DNA from: Gammaproteobacteria bacterium
GTDB taxonomy: Bacteria; Pseudomonadota; Gammaproteobacteria; Ga0077536
DNA: 64,000 bases
Assembly: GCA_024235015.1 (NCBI GenBank)
Contig: JACKNG010000003.1
Span: forward strand, 280,397-344,396
Reading direction: 5' to 3'
Part shown: positions 44,184 through 53,005 of the stretch, piece after piece
Position numbering within the stretch: the stretch's first letter is position 1
How the letters are laid out: the number at the start of each line of letters is the position of its first letter
Translations under genes and position numbers: made by a program
The notes under the pieces: generated by a model
The model's database searches: none
What the model saw: only the letters and a program-made list of their open reading frames with translations
Told to the model about the DNA's origin: nothing

Positions 44184-45110
44184 TCACTTGCGCACCCGGC
44201 TCGCGAAGAGTCCCTCGGGTCGCAGCATCAGGATGCCGATGACGATGGCGAGCGTGATCACCTTGGCCATCGAGCCGTTGATGAAGAACTCGAGGATCGA
44301 CTGCGCCTGGGCGATGGAGAAGGCCGAGGCAATGGTGCCGAACAGGCTGGCCGCGCCGCCGAACACCACCACGAGGAAGGTGTCGACGATGTAGAGCGAG
44401 CCGGACGTCGGCCCGGTCGAGGCAATCGTGGTGAAGACCGCACCGGCGACCCCGGCGATGCCGCAGCCGAGGGCGAAGGTGTTGCGGTCGACGCGCGCGG
44501 TGTTGATGCCGGCGGCCTCGGCCATGACGCGGTTCTGCGTCGTCGCGCGGACCTTCAGCCCCCAGCGCGAGCGGAACAGCAGGAAGAACACCGCCAGGGT
44601 CAGCACCGCGGTGACGCCGACCACCAGCAGGCCGTTGATCGGGATCTCGATGGTGTCGCTGAGCTGCCACGATCCGAGCAGCCACTCGGGCAGGGTCGGG
44701 CTGACCTCGCGCGCGCCGAACATCGAGCGGAAACCCTGCTGCATGATCAGCGACAGGCCCCAGGTCGCGAGCAGGGTGTCGAGCGGCCGCTTGTAGAGGA
44801 AACGGATGAGCGAGAACTCGACCAGCCAGCCGATCGCGAAGGCAACGACGAAACCGAGCGCGATGGCGAGGAAGAAGTAGTAGTCCATCAGCCAGGGCGC
44901 GTGCTTCTCCGCCACCACCGACATCAGGTAGGTGCTGTAGGCGCCGATGGTGAGAAACTCGCCATGCGCCATGTTGATGACCTGCATCTGGCCGAAGATG
45001 ATGGCCAGGCCCAGCGCCATCAGCAGGAAGACGCAGAACAGGCTCAGTCCCGCGAAACCCTGCATGGCGAAGATGGCGCCGATCTCGCTTGCCGTGTATC
45101 CCTCGAACAT
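44184..45110 (-). CDS. second UrtB-like permease (short form, no N-terminal extension)
   Basis: LivH-like permease core only; start ATG 45110 (MFEGYTASEI). Confidence 0.75.
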   Translation of the reverse strand: MFEGYTASEIGAIFAMQGFAGLSLFCVFLLMALGLAIIFGQMQVINMAHGEFLTIGAYSTYLMSVVAEKHAPWLMDYYFFLAIALGFVVAFAIGWLVEFSLIRFLYKRPLDTLLATWGLSLIMQQGFRSMFGAREVSPTLPEWLLGSWQLSDTIEIPINGLLVVGVTAVLTLAVFFLLFRSRWGLKVRATTQNRVMAEAAGINTARVDRNTFALGCGIAGVAGAVFTTIASTGPTSGSLYIVDTFLVVVFGGAASLFGTIASAFSIAQAQSILEFFINGSMAKVITLAIVIGILMLRPEGLFASRVRK

Positions 45111-45250
45111 GACGTCGAATCCTCGTGTCGAACCGCGAAGGGGCGCCGCCGGGGCGGCGCCGTGGATGTCGTTCTCGAATCGCGTCGGCGGATGCGCGCG
45201 GCGGCGGTGACCGGCTCGCAGCTTCCCGGTGCGCCGCCGCACGCCCGGCC

Positions 45251-46474
45251 TTACTGGTAGCCCTCAGGGAAGGGGTTGGGTTCGACCAGGTCGGACTCGT
45301 AGATCACGTCGAACTGGCCGTCCTTCTTGATCCGGCCGATGCGCGTCTTGCTCCACAGGTGATGGTTGGAGTCGTGGATGCGCACGTAGCCTTCCGGCGC
45401 GCCGGTGAACTCGATGCCGTTGGACGCGACCGCGATCTTGTCGATGTCGAAGCTGCCGGCCTTCTCGACGGCGAGCTTCCACAGCCAGGGTCCGAGGTAG
45501 GCGGCCTGGGTGACGTCACCGATGACGCTGTCGTCACCCCACATCTCCTTGAACGCGGCGACGAACTTCTTGTTGTTCTCGTTATCGAGACTCTGGAAGT
45601 ACTTCATCGCGGCATAGAAGCCCTCGGCGTTCTCGCCGCCGATGCCGAGCAGTTCGTCCTCGGTCACCGAGATGGTCAGCAGGGTCCACTTGTCGGAGGT
45701 GATGCCGGCGGCCTTGAGCTGCTTGTACCAGGAGACGTTGGAACCGCCGACGACGATGGAGTAGATCACGTCCGGCTTCTTCAGCTTGATCTTGTTGATC
45801 AGCGAGCCGAAGTTGGTGTGGCCGAGCGGGTAGTACTCTTCGCCCACGACCTTGCCACCGAGGACGTTCTCGATGTGCTTACGCGCGATCTTGTTCGAGG
45901 TGCGCGGCCAGATGTAATCCGAGCCGATCAGGTAGAAGGTCTTGGCGCCCTTCTCCTTCGCCACCCAGTCGAGGCCGGCGAGGATCTGCTGGGTCGCTTC
46001 CTGCCCCGTGTAGATGACGTTCTTCGACTGCTCGAGACCTTCGTAGAAGGTCGGGTAGTAGAGCATGCCGTTTTCCTTCTCGAACACCGGCAGCACGGCC
46101 TTGCGCGAGGCCGAGGTCCAGCAGCCCATCACCGCCGCGACCTTGTCGTTGACCAGCAGCTTCCTGGCCTTCTCGGCGAAGGTCGGCCAGTCGCTCGCGC
46201 CGTCTTCCTGGATGATCTCGATCTTGCGACCGAGCACGCCGCCCATGTCGTTGATCTGCTTGATGGCGAGCTTCTCCGCCTCGACCGATCCCGATTCCGA
46301 GATCGCCATCGTGCCGGTCACCGAATGCAGGATGCCCACGGTGACGGCGTCGTCGGTGACCGCAAGCCCGGTGGTGTTGACCTCGGCAGTGGGATAGTCG
46401 GCCGCCGTGGCGCCGCCGGCCAGGGCCAGCGCCGCCGCCAGTGCGAGCCAACGAAGGTGAATGTGTCTACGCAT
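45251..46474 (-). CDS. second UrtA/FmdD-like amide-urea substrate-binding protein
   Basis: Signal peptide; CWTSASRKAVLPV and YPTFYEGLEQSKNVIYTGQEATQQ, parallel to urtA. Confidence 0.8.
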   Translation of the reverse strand: MRRHIHLRWLALAAALALAGGATAADYPTAEVNTTGLAVTDDAVTVGILHSVTGTMAISESGSVEAEKLAIKQINDMGGVLGRKIEIIQEDGASDWPTFAEKARKLLVNDKVAAVMGCWTSASRKAVLPVFEKENGMLYYPTFYEGLEQSKNVIYTGQEATQQILAGLDWVAKEKGAKTFYLIGSDYIWPRTSNKIARKHIENVLGGKVVGEEYYPLGHTNFGSLINKIKLKKPDVIYSIVVGGSNVSWYKQLKAAGITSDKWTLLTISVTEDELLGIGGENAEGFYAAMKYFQSLDNENNKKFVAAFKEMWGDDSVIGDVTQAAYLGPWLWKLAVEKAGSFDIDKIAVASNGIEFTGAPEGYVRIHDSNHHLWSKTRIGRIKKDGQFDVIYESDLVEPNPFPEGYQ

Positions 46475-46519
46475 GTCTGCTCCTCAATCGGGTGTGGTTG
46501 AAAGGCCCGATTGCTGCAG

Positions 46520-46536
46520 TGCAGTAAACATGCCAA
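46520..46536 (-). promoter_or_regulatory. sigma-54 (-24/-12) promoter candidate for second urt-like operon
   Basis: Minus strand reads TTGGCATGtttaCTGCA (GG-N10-GC). About 46 nt upstream of the ATG at 46474. Confidence 0.5.
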
Positions 46537-46595
46537 GGCGTCAATCGCCTGTTTTTACGCAAGATTCCTCGCCAGTCGTGCAGGCGCGATGCCAT

Positions 46596-46609
46596 GTATG
46601 CACTAAACG
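46596..46609 (-). promoter_or_regulatory. conserved upstream motif GTATGCACTAAACG, copy B
   Basis: Same motif family as 41278 and 48889. A weaker variant, TGTTTTTACGCAAG, lies at 46551-46564. Confidence 0.4.
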
Positions 46610-46977
46610 CCGGGAACCGGATCGAGCGCTTGGTGCATACGCCGTTGCGCCGGGCCGGCGCATGCCTCGGCGCTTTCCAGCGGGCGCACCGCGACGCCGT
46701 CGGCCACGCGCGGCAGCAGCGCACGCAGGCCGTCGTTCTGCTCGAGGATCTTGCGCACCGTCGCGCAGTACCACGCGCCCTGGCGGGGCGCCGGGATGGC
46801 GCAGGCGGTGAGCGCATCGCAGATCTGCTGCAGGGTGAACTGGCGCGCCCGCAACATGAGGATGAAGTAGATGCAACGCCGTTGCTCGGGGTCGACGACG
46901 ATGTGTCCGGACGGCGTCAGGCGCCAGCCGTAACGCAGGCGCCGCGGGTTCTTGTGATCGGGGCGGTAGCTTCTCAT
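46603..46977 (-). CDS. recombinase-domain-only protein (large-serine-recombinase 'Recombinase' domain without catalytic resolvase domain); possible remnant or domesticated DNA-binding protein
   Basis: RYGWRLTPSGHIVVDPEQRRCIYFILMLRARQFTLQQICDALTACAIPAPRQGAWYCATVRKILEQ matches the recombinase-domain pattern PYGY..G.L..dp.E...I..IF......s...I...LN..GIP.P.G..W....V..IL.N. There is no room upstream for a resolvase domain because the fmdB stop is at 47051. Confidence 0.35.
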   Translation of the reverse strand: MRSYRPDHKNPRRLRYGWRLTPSGHIVVDPEQRRCIYFILMLRARQFTLQQICDALTACAIPAPRQGAWYCATVRKILEQNDGLRALLPRVADGVAVRPLESAEACAGPAQRRMHQALDPVPGV

Positions 46978-47050
46978 GGCCCTCGTAGACGGCTGTGTCC
47001 ATTCATGTGACGTGGAACCCTCCCCGCTCCACCCTGGCCGTCAGCGCGCG

Positions 47051-47374
47051 TCAGTGGCCGAGCATCCACGGCCGGCTGCCCGGGCGTCCGCCACCGAGCT
47101 TGTTCGCCGTGGCGGCGCCACCGCACGATTCGCCCGGCGCGTGGACGTGGCCGCAGCCGCCGCGGCTGGCGCGTCGTGGTTCGTGGGCGGCACGCTCGTT
47201 GCGCGCCCAGGCTTCGCGATTGCCCGGCGACATCAGGCCGAGACGCGGTGCGCCGACCTGGCGGGTCAGCCGCTGGTCGCATTCGGGACAGTGCACGGCG
47301 TCGTCGCGCGCCGCGATCGGGCGCAGCAGCGCGAAGCTGCCGTGGCTGCTGCAGTGGTAGTCGTAGACCGGCAT
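47051..47374 (-). CDS. fmdB: FmdB-family zinc-ribbon protein
   Basis: MPVYDYHCSSHGSFALL.....CPECD matches the CxxC...CPxCG FmdB putative regulatory protein signature. Immediately downstream of the formamidase gene. Confidence 0.6.
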   Translation of the reverse strand: MPVYDYHCSSHGSFALLRPIAARDDAVHCPECDQRLTRQVGAPRLGLMSPGNREAWARNERAAHEPRRASRGGCGHVHAPGESCGGAATANKLGGGRPGSRPWMLGH

Positions 47375-47519
47375 GGCGGGCTCCTCGATGGTGTCGCTGG
47401 CTAGCTGGTAACGGTTGACGGCGCCTGCCACGCGCCGTCACCCGCTCCGGTGTCGTCGCCCGTGGCCCGAAACGGCCGGCCCGCAGGCCGGCAAAGCAGA
47501 GGTCACGGGAAAAACTGCG

Positions 47520-48746
47520 TCACGAGGTCCTGGCCATGTCGACGCCGCCGAAGTCGACCGCCTTGGGTCCGTCGGCATTCAGCGAGATATCGAAGTCGAA
47601 GATGCCGGTCGGCAACCACAGGGTGGCGCAGGCATTGGGGATGTCGACGATGCCGCTGATGTGGCCTTCGACCGGCGCGGTGCCGAGAATGCCGTAGGCC
47701 TGTGCGCCCGAGTAGCCGAACTTCTTCAGGTACTCGATGGCATTGAGGCAGGCGCGGCGGTAGGCGACGTGGGCGTCGAGGTAGTACTGCTTGCCGTCCT
47801 CGTCGACCGAGATGCCCTCGAAGATCAGGTAATCGGAATACGACGGGTCGATGCGGCTGGGCTTGAAGATGGGATTGGTCACGCCGTACTTGGCCACGCC
47901 GCCCTTGATCAGGCTGACGCGGATGTCGAGGTAGCCGGCCATCTCGATCGCGCCGCAGAAGGTGATCTCGCCGTCGCCCTGGGAGAAGTGGATGTCGCCC
48001 ATCGACAGCCCGGCGCCCTTGACGTAGACGGGGAAGTACACCGTCGAGCCGCGCGAGAGGTTCTTGATGTCGCAGTTGCCGCCGTGCTCGCGCGGCGGCA
48101 CGGTGCGCGCGCCCTCGGCGGCGGCCTTGTCGCGCGCCGCGCCGGTGAGCCCGCCCATCACCGCGGTGGGCTCGAAGGGCAGCGTGGCGAGCGCCGGCAC
48201 GCGATCGGGATCGGTGTCGTAGAGCGCCTGCTCGCGGGTGTTCCAGGTCTTGAGCAGGTCCGCCGACGGCAGGCAGCCGATCAGGCCCGGGTGCATGGTG
48301 CCGGGGAACTTGACGTGCGGAATGTGGCGCGACGAGGCCCACACGCCGCTGTAGTCCCAGCACGCCTTGCGCGCCTCGGGATAGTGCTCGGTGAGGAAGC
48401 CGCCGCCGTTCTCGCGGGCGAACAGGCCGGTGAAGCCCCACGCCGATTCCGGCAGCACGCCGACGTCGAGGATGTCCACCACCAGCAGGTCACCGGGCTC
48501 GGCGCCCTCGACCCCGATCGGGCCGCTCAGGTAGTGCACCTTGGTCAGGTCGACGTCGCGGATGTCGTTGGCGCTGTCGTCGTTGTTGATCTGGCCGCCG
48601 GTCCAGTCGAGGCACTGGATGCGGAACTCGTCGCCCGGCTTGACCGTGCGTGCCATGGGAATGTCGGGGTGCCAGCGGTTGTGTATGACCTCGGCCTGCG
48701 CCTCGGCCGGCTTGTTCACGTCCACCTCGATCAGGGTCTGGATCAT
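47520..48746 (-). CDS. fmdA: formamidase / acetamidase-formamidase family amidohydrolase
   Basis: 408 aa, MIQTLIEVDVNKPAEAQAEVIHNRWHPDIPMA...; FmdA_AmdA family with fmdB downstream. GGAGG RBS. Confidence 0.85.
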   Translation of the reverse strand: MIQTLIEVDVNKPAEAQAEVIHNRWHPDIPMARTVKPGDEFRIQCLDWTGGQINNDDSANDIRDVDLTKVHYLSGPIGVEGAEPGDLLVVDILDVGVLPESAWGFTGLFARENGGGFLTEHYPEARKACWDYSGVWASSRHIPHVKFPGTMHPGLIGCLPSADLLKTWNTREQALYDTDPDRVPALATLPFEPTAVMGGLTGAARDKAAAEGARTVPPREHGGNCDIKNLSRGSTVYFPVYVKGAGLSMGDIHFSQGDGEITFCGAIEMAGYLDIRVSLIKGGVAKYGVTNPIFKPSRIDPSYSDYLIFEGISVDEDGKQYYLDAHVAYRRACLNAIEYLKKFGYSGAQAYGILGTAPVEGHISGIVDIPNACATLWLPTGIFDFDISLNADGPKAVDFGGVDMARTS

Positions 48747-48812
48747 CGATAGTCCTCCACTAACGGTCCGCAACGGTTGTGGCCGCAGGCCGCGGCCGTC
48801 GCCGTGCTGCAT

Positions 48813-48829
48813 TGCACACAACATGCCAA
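48813..48829 (-). promoter_or_regulatory. sigma-54 (-24/-12) promoter candidate for fmdA-fmdB
   Basis: Minus strand reads TTGGCATGttgtGTGCA (GG-N10-GC). About 68 nt upstream of the ATG at 48746. Confidence 0.5.
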
Positions 48830-48846
48830 GGCGGGTTCGTGAATCG

Positions 48847-48902
48847 AATCAAGTGCTTGCACCAAGTACCCGATTTCCGGTGCCTTGTTTTTGCACTAAG
48901 CC
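48847..48902 (-). promoter_or_regulatory. upstream activating region: IHF-like site AATCAAgtgcTTG, NtrC-like half-sites TGCACCA / GGTGCC, and motif TTTTTGCACTAAGC (copy C)
   Basis: The IHF consensus WATCAANNNNTTR is matched at 48847-48859. TGCACCA lies at 48858-48864 and GGTGCC at 48879-48884. The conserved motif lies at 48889-48902. Confidence 0.4.
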
Positions 48903-48993
48903 CAGGGAGGGAGGATGAAAACAGTGCGCGGCGCCGCTTGCGTGCCGGCATGCCCCGTCGCGGTGCGGGCGCTCTTGACGCCACCTCGGCACT

Positions 48994-49014
48994 GGAATTA
49001 AGGTCGGTAATTCC
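48994..49014. promoter_or_regulatory. palindrome GGAATTA-N7-TAATTCC in AT-rich promoter region upstream of DUF1302 operon
   Basis: Read from sequence. A related GGAATTCC palindrome lies at 41252-41259, upstream of the porin gene. Confidence 0.35.
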
Positions 49015-49118
49015 AATAGCGACATATAGTTATCGGCCATATCTAAGAGCCGACAACACTTTTACTTCGTAACTCGATATCGTCCGCGAGGGGGAACCGC
49101 GGCGAGGGGAGATCCACC

Positions 49119-50669
49119 ATGACACGCACCGCTGTGCGCGGCGCCCGCCTGCTGCTGACCCTGGTCCTCGGCGCGACCGCTATCGGCCCGGCCGCGGCCG
49201 AGGGCGTCGCCGCCGACCTGTTCTCCAAGTTCGATCGCGCCATGGCCGGCTTCGATCCCATCGGCAAGCACGTGCGCCGGCCAATCGAACGCGCCGTGCC
49301 CAACCTCACCTTCCGCGGCTTCTACCGCAACTGGTCGGACGTCATGCTCGACGACGACGGCATGGTCGGCTTCCGCAACAAGGACTTCCGCTTCGCCCAG
49401 CTGCAGAACCTGTTCGAACTCGAGACCAACTACCACGTCGCCGCCGGCCTCGACATCCGCGGCGTGGCGCACATGCTCTACGACGGCGTCTACGAGTGGC
49501 AGGACTCGCGCGGCCTGTTCGCCGATCGCATCGATCGCGAAGCGGAGCTCTACAACACCTCCGAGCGCGTGTTGCGCGAGCTCTACGTGAGCTGGCGCCG
49601 GCCGGGCTTCGACCTCCTGGTCGGCAAGCAGCAGGTCGCGTGGGGCAAGATGGACGGCCAGTTCATCGACATCGTCAACGCCATGGACCGGCGCGAGGCC
49701 TTCCAGCTCGAGACCGAGGACTACGAGTGGCGACGGCTGCCGACCTGGATGGCCAACGGCACCTTCCATCTCGGCGAGAGCACGGTCCAGCTGCTCTACA
49801 TCTTCGACTTCGAGCACGACCGCCAGCCGCTGCCGGGCTCGCCGTGGTACTCGCCGCTGATCCCGCCGACCACCAACGACGTCATCGTCGGCGTGCGCCG
49901 CCCCGAGGCCGGCGATTTTGACGACCACCAGTACGGCATCCGCGTCGATCGCTCGGCCGGCGCGCTGACCTACGGCTTCGTCTACATGTATGCCTGGGAC
50001 AAGAACCCGGTCGACCACGTCCTCGGCACCACCCTCAACAACGGCCAGACGGCGCTGCGCATCGAGCAGCGCCACGAGCGCGTCCACCACGCAGGGGTCA
50101 CCGCCGATTACGCCATGACCTTCCAGAACGTGCCGCTGGTCGGCTCGCTGCCGGCGGTGTTCCGCTTCGAGGCGCTGTATACCAACGGCGTGCGTTTCGC
50201 CGATTTCCGCAAGCGCGCCCAGGCCCTGGCCGGGCGCAACACCGACGGCACCACCAAGCGCGACACGCTGCGCGCGGCGATCGCCGCCGAGTTCGCCCTG
50301 CCCGGGCGCACCACCGTGATCTTCCAGCCCTCGTGGTACCAGACCATCGACCACCGCGAGGAACTCGGCTTCGGTTTCGGCGGCGGCTTCGGCGACGAGT
50401 GGAGCCTGATCCCGGTGGTGTTCTTCTCGCGGCCCTTCGCCTTCACCCGCGATCGCCTGAGCATGGAGTTCACCGCCTTCCCGCTGATCAGCGGCCCGGA
50501 CACCGGTTGGGGCGGGCTCAAGACCAAGCTGCGCCTGATCTACAAGTTCTCGCAGTTCGTCAAAGGCCAGCTGGTCTACAACGGCTACGACACCGGTTCC
50601 TCGACCGACGTCTACGGTCAGTACAATCAGTGGGACAACATCGGCTGGGAGCTGAGCTATGAATTCTGA
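49119..50669 (+). CDS. DUF1302-family outer-membrane beta-barrel protein
   Basis: Signal peptide and C-terminal aromatic residue (..WELSYEF). DUF1302-like sequence features; followed by its usual DUF1329 partner. Confidence 0.7.
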   Translation: MTRTAVRGARLLLTLVLGATAIGPAAAEGVAADLFSKFDRAMAGFDPIGKHVRRPIERAVPNLTFRGFYRNWSDVMLDDDGMVGFRNKDFRFAQLQNLFELETNYHVAAGLDIRGVAHMLYDGVYEWQDSRGLFADRIDREAELYNTSERVLRELYVSWRRPGFDLLVGKQQVAWGKMDGQFIDIVNAMDRREAFQLETEDYEWRRLPTWMANGTFHLGESTVQLLYIFDFEHDRQPLPGSPWYSPLIPPTTNDVIVGVRRPEAGDFDDHQYGIRVDRSAGALTYGFVYMYAWDKNPVDHVLGTTLNNGQTALRIEQRHERVHHAGVTADYAMTFQNVPLVGSLPAVFRFEALYTNGVRFADFRKRAQALAGRNTDGTTKRDTLRAAIAAEFALPGRTTVIFQPSWYQTIDHREELGFGFGGGFGDEWSLIPVVFFSRPFAFTRDRLSMEFTAFPLISGPDTGWGGLKTKLRLIYKFSQFVKGQLVYNGYDTGSSTDVYGQYNQWDNIGWELSYEF

Positions 50670-51993
50670 GACGCCCGTCGCCAGCACCGCCGGCCGCCTG
50701 CTCGCCGCGGCCGCACTCGTCGCCGTCACCAGCCTCGCCGCCGCCGCCGAGCGCAGCTGGCGCGGCGTCGACGAGATGGCACCCGAGGACCGCGCCCTGT
50801 TCGACCCGGCGATTTCGACCCCGCGCGACGCCAGCCTCGACTACGTGCCCGCCGAACCCTACCCGTTCGAAGCGCCCTACACCGCCGAGGAGATGGGTTA
50901 CCGCTCGGCCGAGTTCGTGCACATCTCGCGCTGGGACTACGCCCTGGTCGACGTCTTCGGCGTCGTCACCAGTTCCGGCTACATCAACCAGGGCGCCTCG
51001 GTGGGTTACGTCGAGACCGGCGGCCGACCCGGCTTCGAGGGCTACATGCTCGACAAGAAGGCCGGCGAGATCTATTCGAAGTGGTTGCTCTACGACGTCT
51101 TCCCGCCGGAGAACGAGGGCGCGCAACAGCTCTGGCTGCCCTACCGCACGGACAAGAGCTTCCGCACCAAGATGGACTTCTTCGTCTACTCGCCGCAGCT
51201 CAGGCGCGTGCGGCGCCAGCCCGAACCACGCCGCGACCAGCGCTTCCCCGACAACTCGCAGACCTTCGACGACGTCATCGGCCGCGACCCGTGGGAGTTC
51301 GAATGGCAGCTACTCGGCACCGACGTCCTCTACGAGACCCTGCGCTTCCCGACCAGCCGCCCGAGCGTGACCCTCAACGTGCCCGGCCAGGGTTTCGTCG
51401 AGCGCCAGGGCGCGAGCATCAAGCCCATGGGCGAGAACTTCCCCCACTACCGCGCCGACGGCGGCGTCGACTGCTGGGTGGTGAAGGCGACGGCGAAGAG
51501 CGACTGGCTGCCGGGCTACAACGAGAAGTACCTGGTGCTGTGGCTGGAGAAGCACACCTTCTACCCGCTGCGCACGGAGAAATACGGCACCGACGGCCGG
51601 CTCATCATGATCGAGGAACGCAATGCCGAGCTGCAGAACCCGGCGCGCGGCGAGTTCGGCTACGCCGCCATGATGACCACCTACTGGAACGTCGATCACG
51701 ACCTCATCGGTTACAGCAACCACGACGCGCACACGCTCCGCGACTGGACGCCGGAGGAGATCGACATGATCTTCACGCCGGAATTCATGCGCCGGCAGTG
51801 GCTGGTCGAACCGCTCAAGTCGCAGGTGTTGATCGACGCCCCGGAGGACTTCTTCCTGCGCCCGCATCTCTACCCGGACAAGTTCCCGGGTGAGCGCAAC
51901 CCGGTGCTGCCAGCGGCCGTGCAGGCACGTTACGACGCCCAGGAAGCGGCCGGGCAGCTGGTGTTCGAGTCGCCGGGCGCGGCCGCCGAATGA
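50659..51993 (+). CDS. DUF1329-family (LolA-like fold) periplasmic/outer-membrane-associated protein
   Basis: Signal peptide; 11-nt overlap with the DUF1302 gene; DUF1329-like sequence. Confidence 0.65.
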   Translation: MNSETPVASTAGRLLAAAALVAVTSLAAAAERSWRGVDEMAPEDRALFDPAISTPRDASLDYVPAEPYPFEAPYTAEEMGYRSAEFVHISRWDYALVDVFGVVTSSGYINQGASVGYVETGGRPGFEGYMLDKKAGEIYSKWLLYDVFPPENEGAQQLWLPYRTDKSFRTKMDFFVYSPQLRRVRRQPEPRRDQRFPDNSQTFDDVIGRDPWEFEWQLLGTDVLYETLRFPTSRPSVTLNVPGQGFVERQGASIKPMGENFPHYRADGGVDCWVVKATAKSDWLPGYNEKYLVLWLEKHTFYPLRTEKYGTDGRLIMIEERNAELQNPARGEFGYAAMMTTYWNVDHDLIGYSNHDAHTLRDWTPEEIDMIFTPEFMRRQWLVEPLKSQVLIDAPEDFFLRPHLYPDKFPGERNPVLPAAVQARYDAQEAAGQLVFESPGAAAE

Positions 51994-52003
51994 CGTGCGG
52001 ACC

Positions 52004-53005
52004 ATGAGCGTACGGGCCACGCTCGGCCTGCTCGTCGCACTGCTCCTCGCCGGCTGCGGCGACCCCGAGCCGCTGGTGCTCGAGGGCCGCCCGGGCGGCC
52101 CCTACCGCATCACCCTGGAACTCGCGCCGGCGCCGCTCGTCGCCGGCACCCCCACCCGCTTCACCGAGCGCCTGCGCCACACCCGCGACGGCAGCCCGGT
52201 CCGCGACCTGCAGGTGGTGCACGAACGCGCCGTGCACAACTTCGTCGTCGCGCGCGACTTCTCGAGCTTCGCCCATGTCCACCACGAGGACAGCGAGGCC
52301 CTCACGGCCGCCGATCTCGACGCCGCCACCTTCCATTTCGATTACACCTTCCCGCACCCCGGCCACTATCGCGTGGTCAGCGAATTCACCCACCACGACC
52401 GCGGCTGGATCAAGCATTTCGACCTCGTCGTGGGCGCCCCGGGGCCACCGGCCGAAGTCGTCGTCGACCTCGCACGCGAGAAGCAGGTCGGCCCCTACAG
52501 CGCGCGCCTGGAGGTGTCGCCGGCGGTGCCGGTGGCCGGTTTCGAGACCGAGCTCGTGCTCGACCTCGCACGCGAGGGCGTCCCGGTGACCGACCTGCAG
52601 CTCCTGCTCGGCTCGGAAGTACACGTTGCCCTGTGGCGCGTGGACGGCGAGCACTTCGGGCATGCGCACAGCTACACCCCGCACATGGCGGCCATGTTCG
52701 CCGAGATGCACGATCGCCAGCTCGACCCCGCCGCGCGCGCCGAACGCATGGCACAGATGATGGTGGCGATGATCGACATGCCGGCCGAGCTGGTCTACCC
52801 GGGGCCGCGTATCCCGGTGCGCCTGGTGTTCCCCGAGCCCGGGGTCTACGCCGTGTTCATGCAATGCGCGCCGGGCGGCGAACCGCGCGTGTTCGAGTTC
52901 ATGGTCGAGGTCGCGCGCTTCGTCGAGGGCATGGACACCCACATCGATTCGATGGTCGTACCCGCACACGCCGCGCCGCACGGCGGCGCACACGGCGGCA
53001 CATGA
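52004..53005 (+). CDS. lipoprotein with tandemly duplicated His-rich domain (hypothetical)
   Basis: Lipobox LLAGC. Two homologous domains of about 150 aa (PYRITLELAPAPLVAGTPTRF... and PYSARLEVSPAVPVAGFETEL...), each with HxH/HH clusters; the C-terminal end is HAAPHGGAHGGT. Confidence 0.5.
   Translation: MSVRATLGLLVALLLAGCGDPEPLVLEGRPGGPYRITLELAPAPLVAGTPTRFTERLRHTRDGSPVRDLQVVHERAVHNFVVARDFSSFAHVHHEDSEALTAADLDAATFHFDYTFPHPGHYRVVSEFTHHDRGWIKHFDLVVGAPGPPAEVVVDLAREKQVGPYSARLEVSPAVPVAGFETELVLDLAREGVPVTDLQLLLGSEVHVALWRVDGEHFGHAHSYTPHMAAMFAEMHDRQLDPAARAERMAQMMVAMIDMPAELVYPGPRIPVRLVFPEPGVYAVFMQCAPGGEPRVFEFMVEVARFVEGMDTHIDSMVVPAHAAPHGGAHGGT

Noticed and set aside
46603-46977. Interpretation of the recombinase-domain ORF as evidence of a prophage or integrative element
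   Set aside because: No catalytic domain, no other phage or mobile-element genes, no flanking direct repeats, and no compositional break were noticed. It is kept only as an isolated domain ORF.
48915-49001. 28-aa ORF (MKTVRGAACVPACPVAVRALLTPPRHWN) directly behind a GGGAGGGAGG motif
   Set aside because: There is no conservation evidence, and the spacing to the SD is very short. It lies in the promoter region shared by divergent operons and could be chance.
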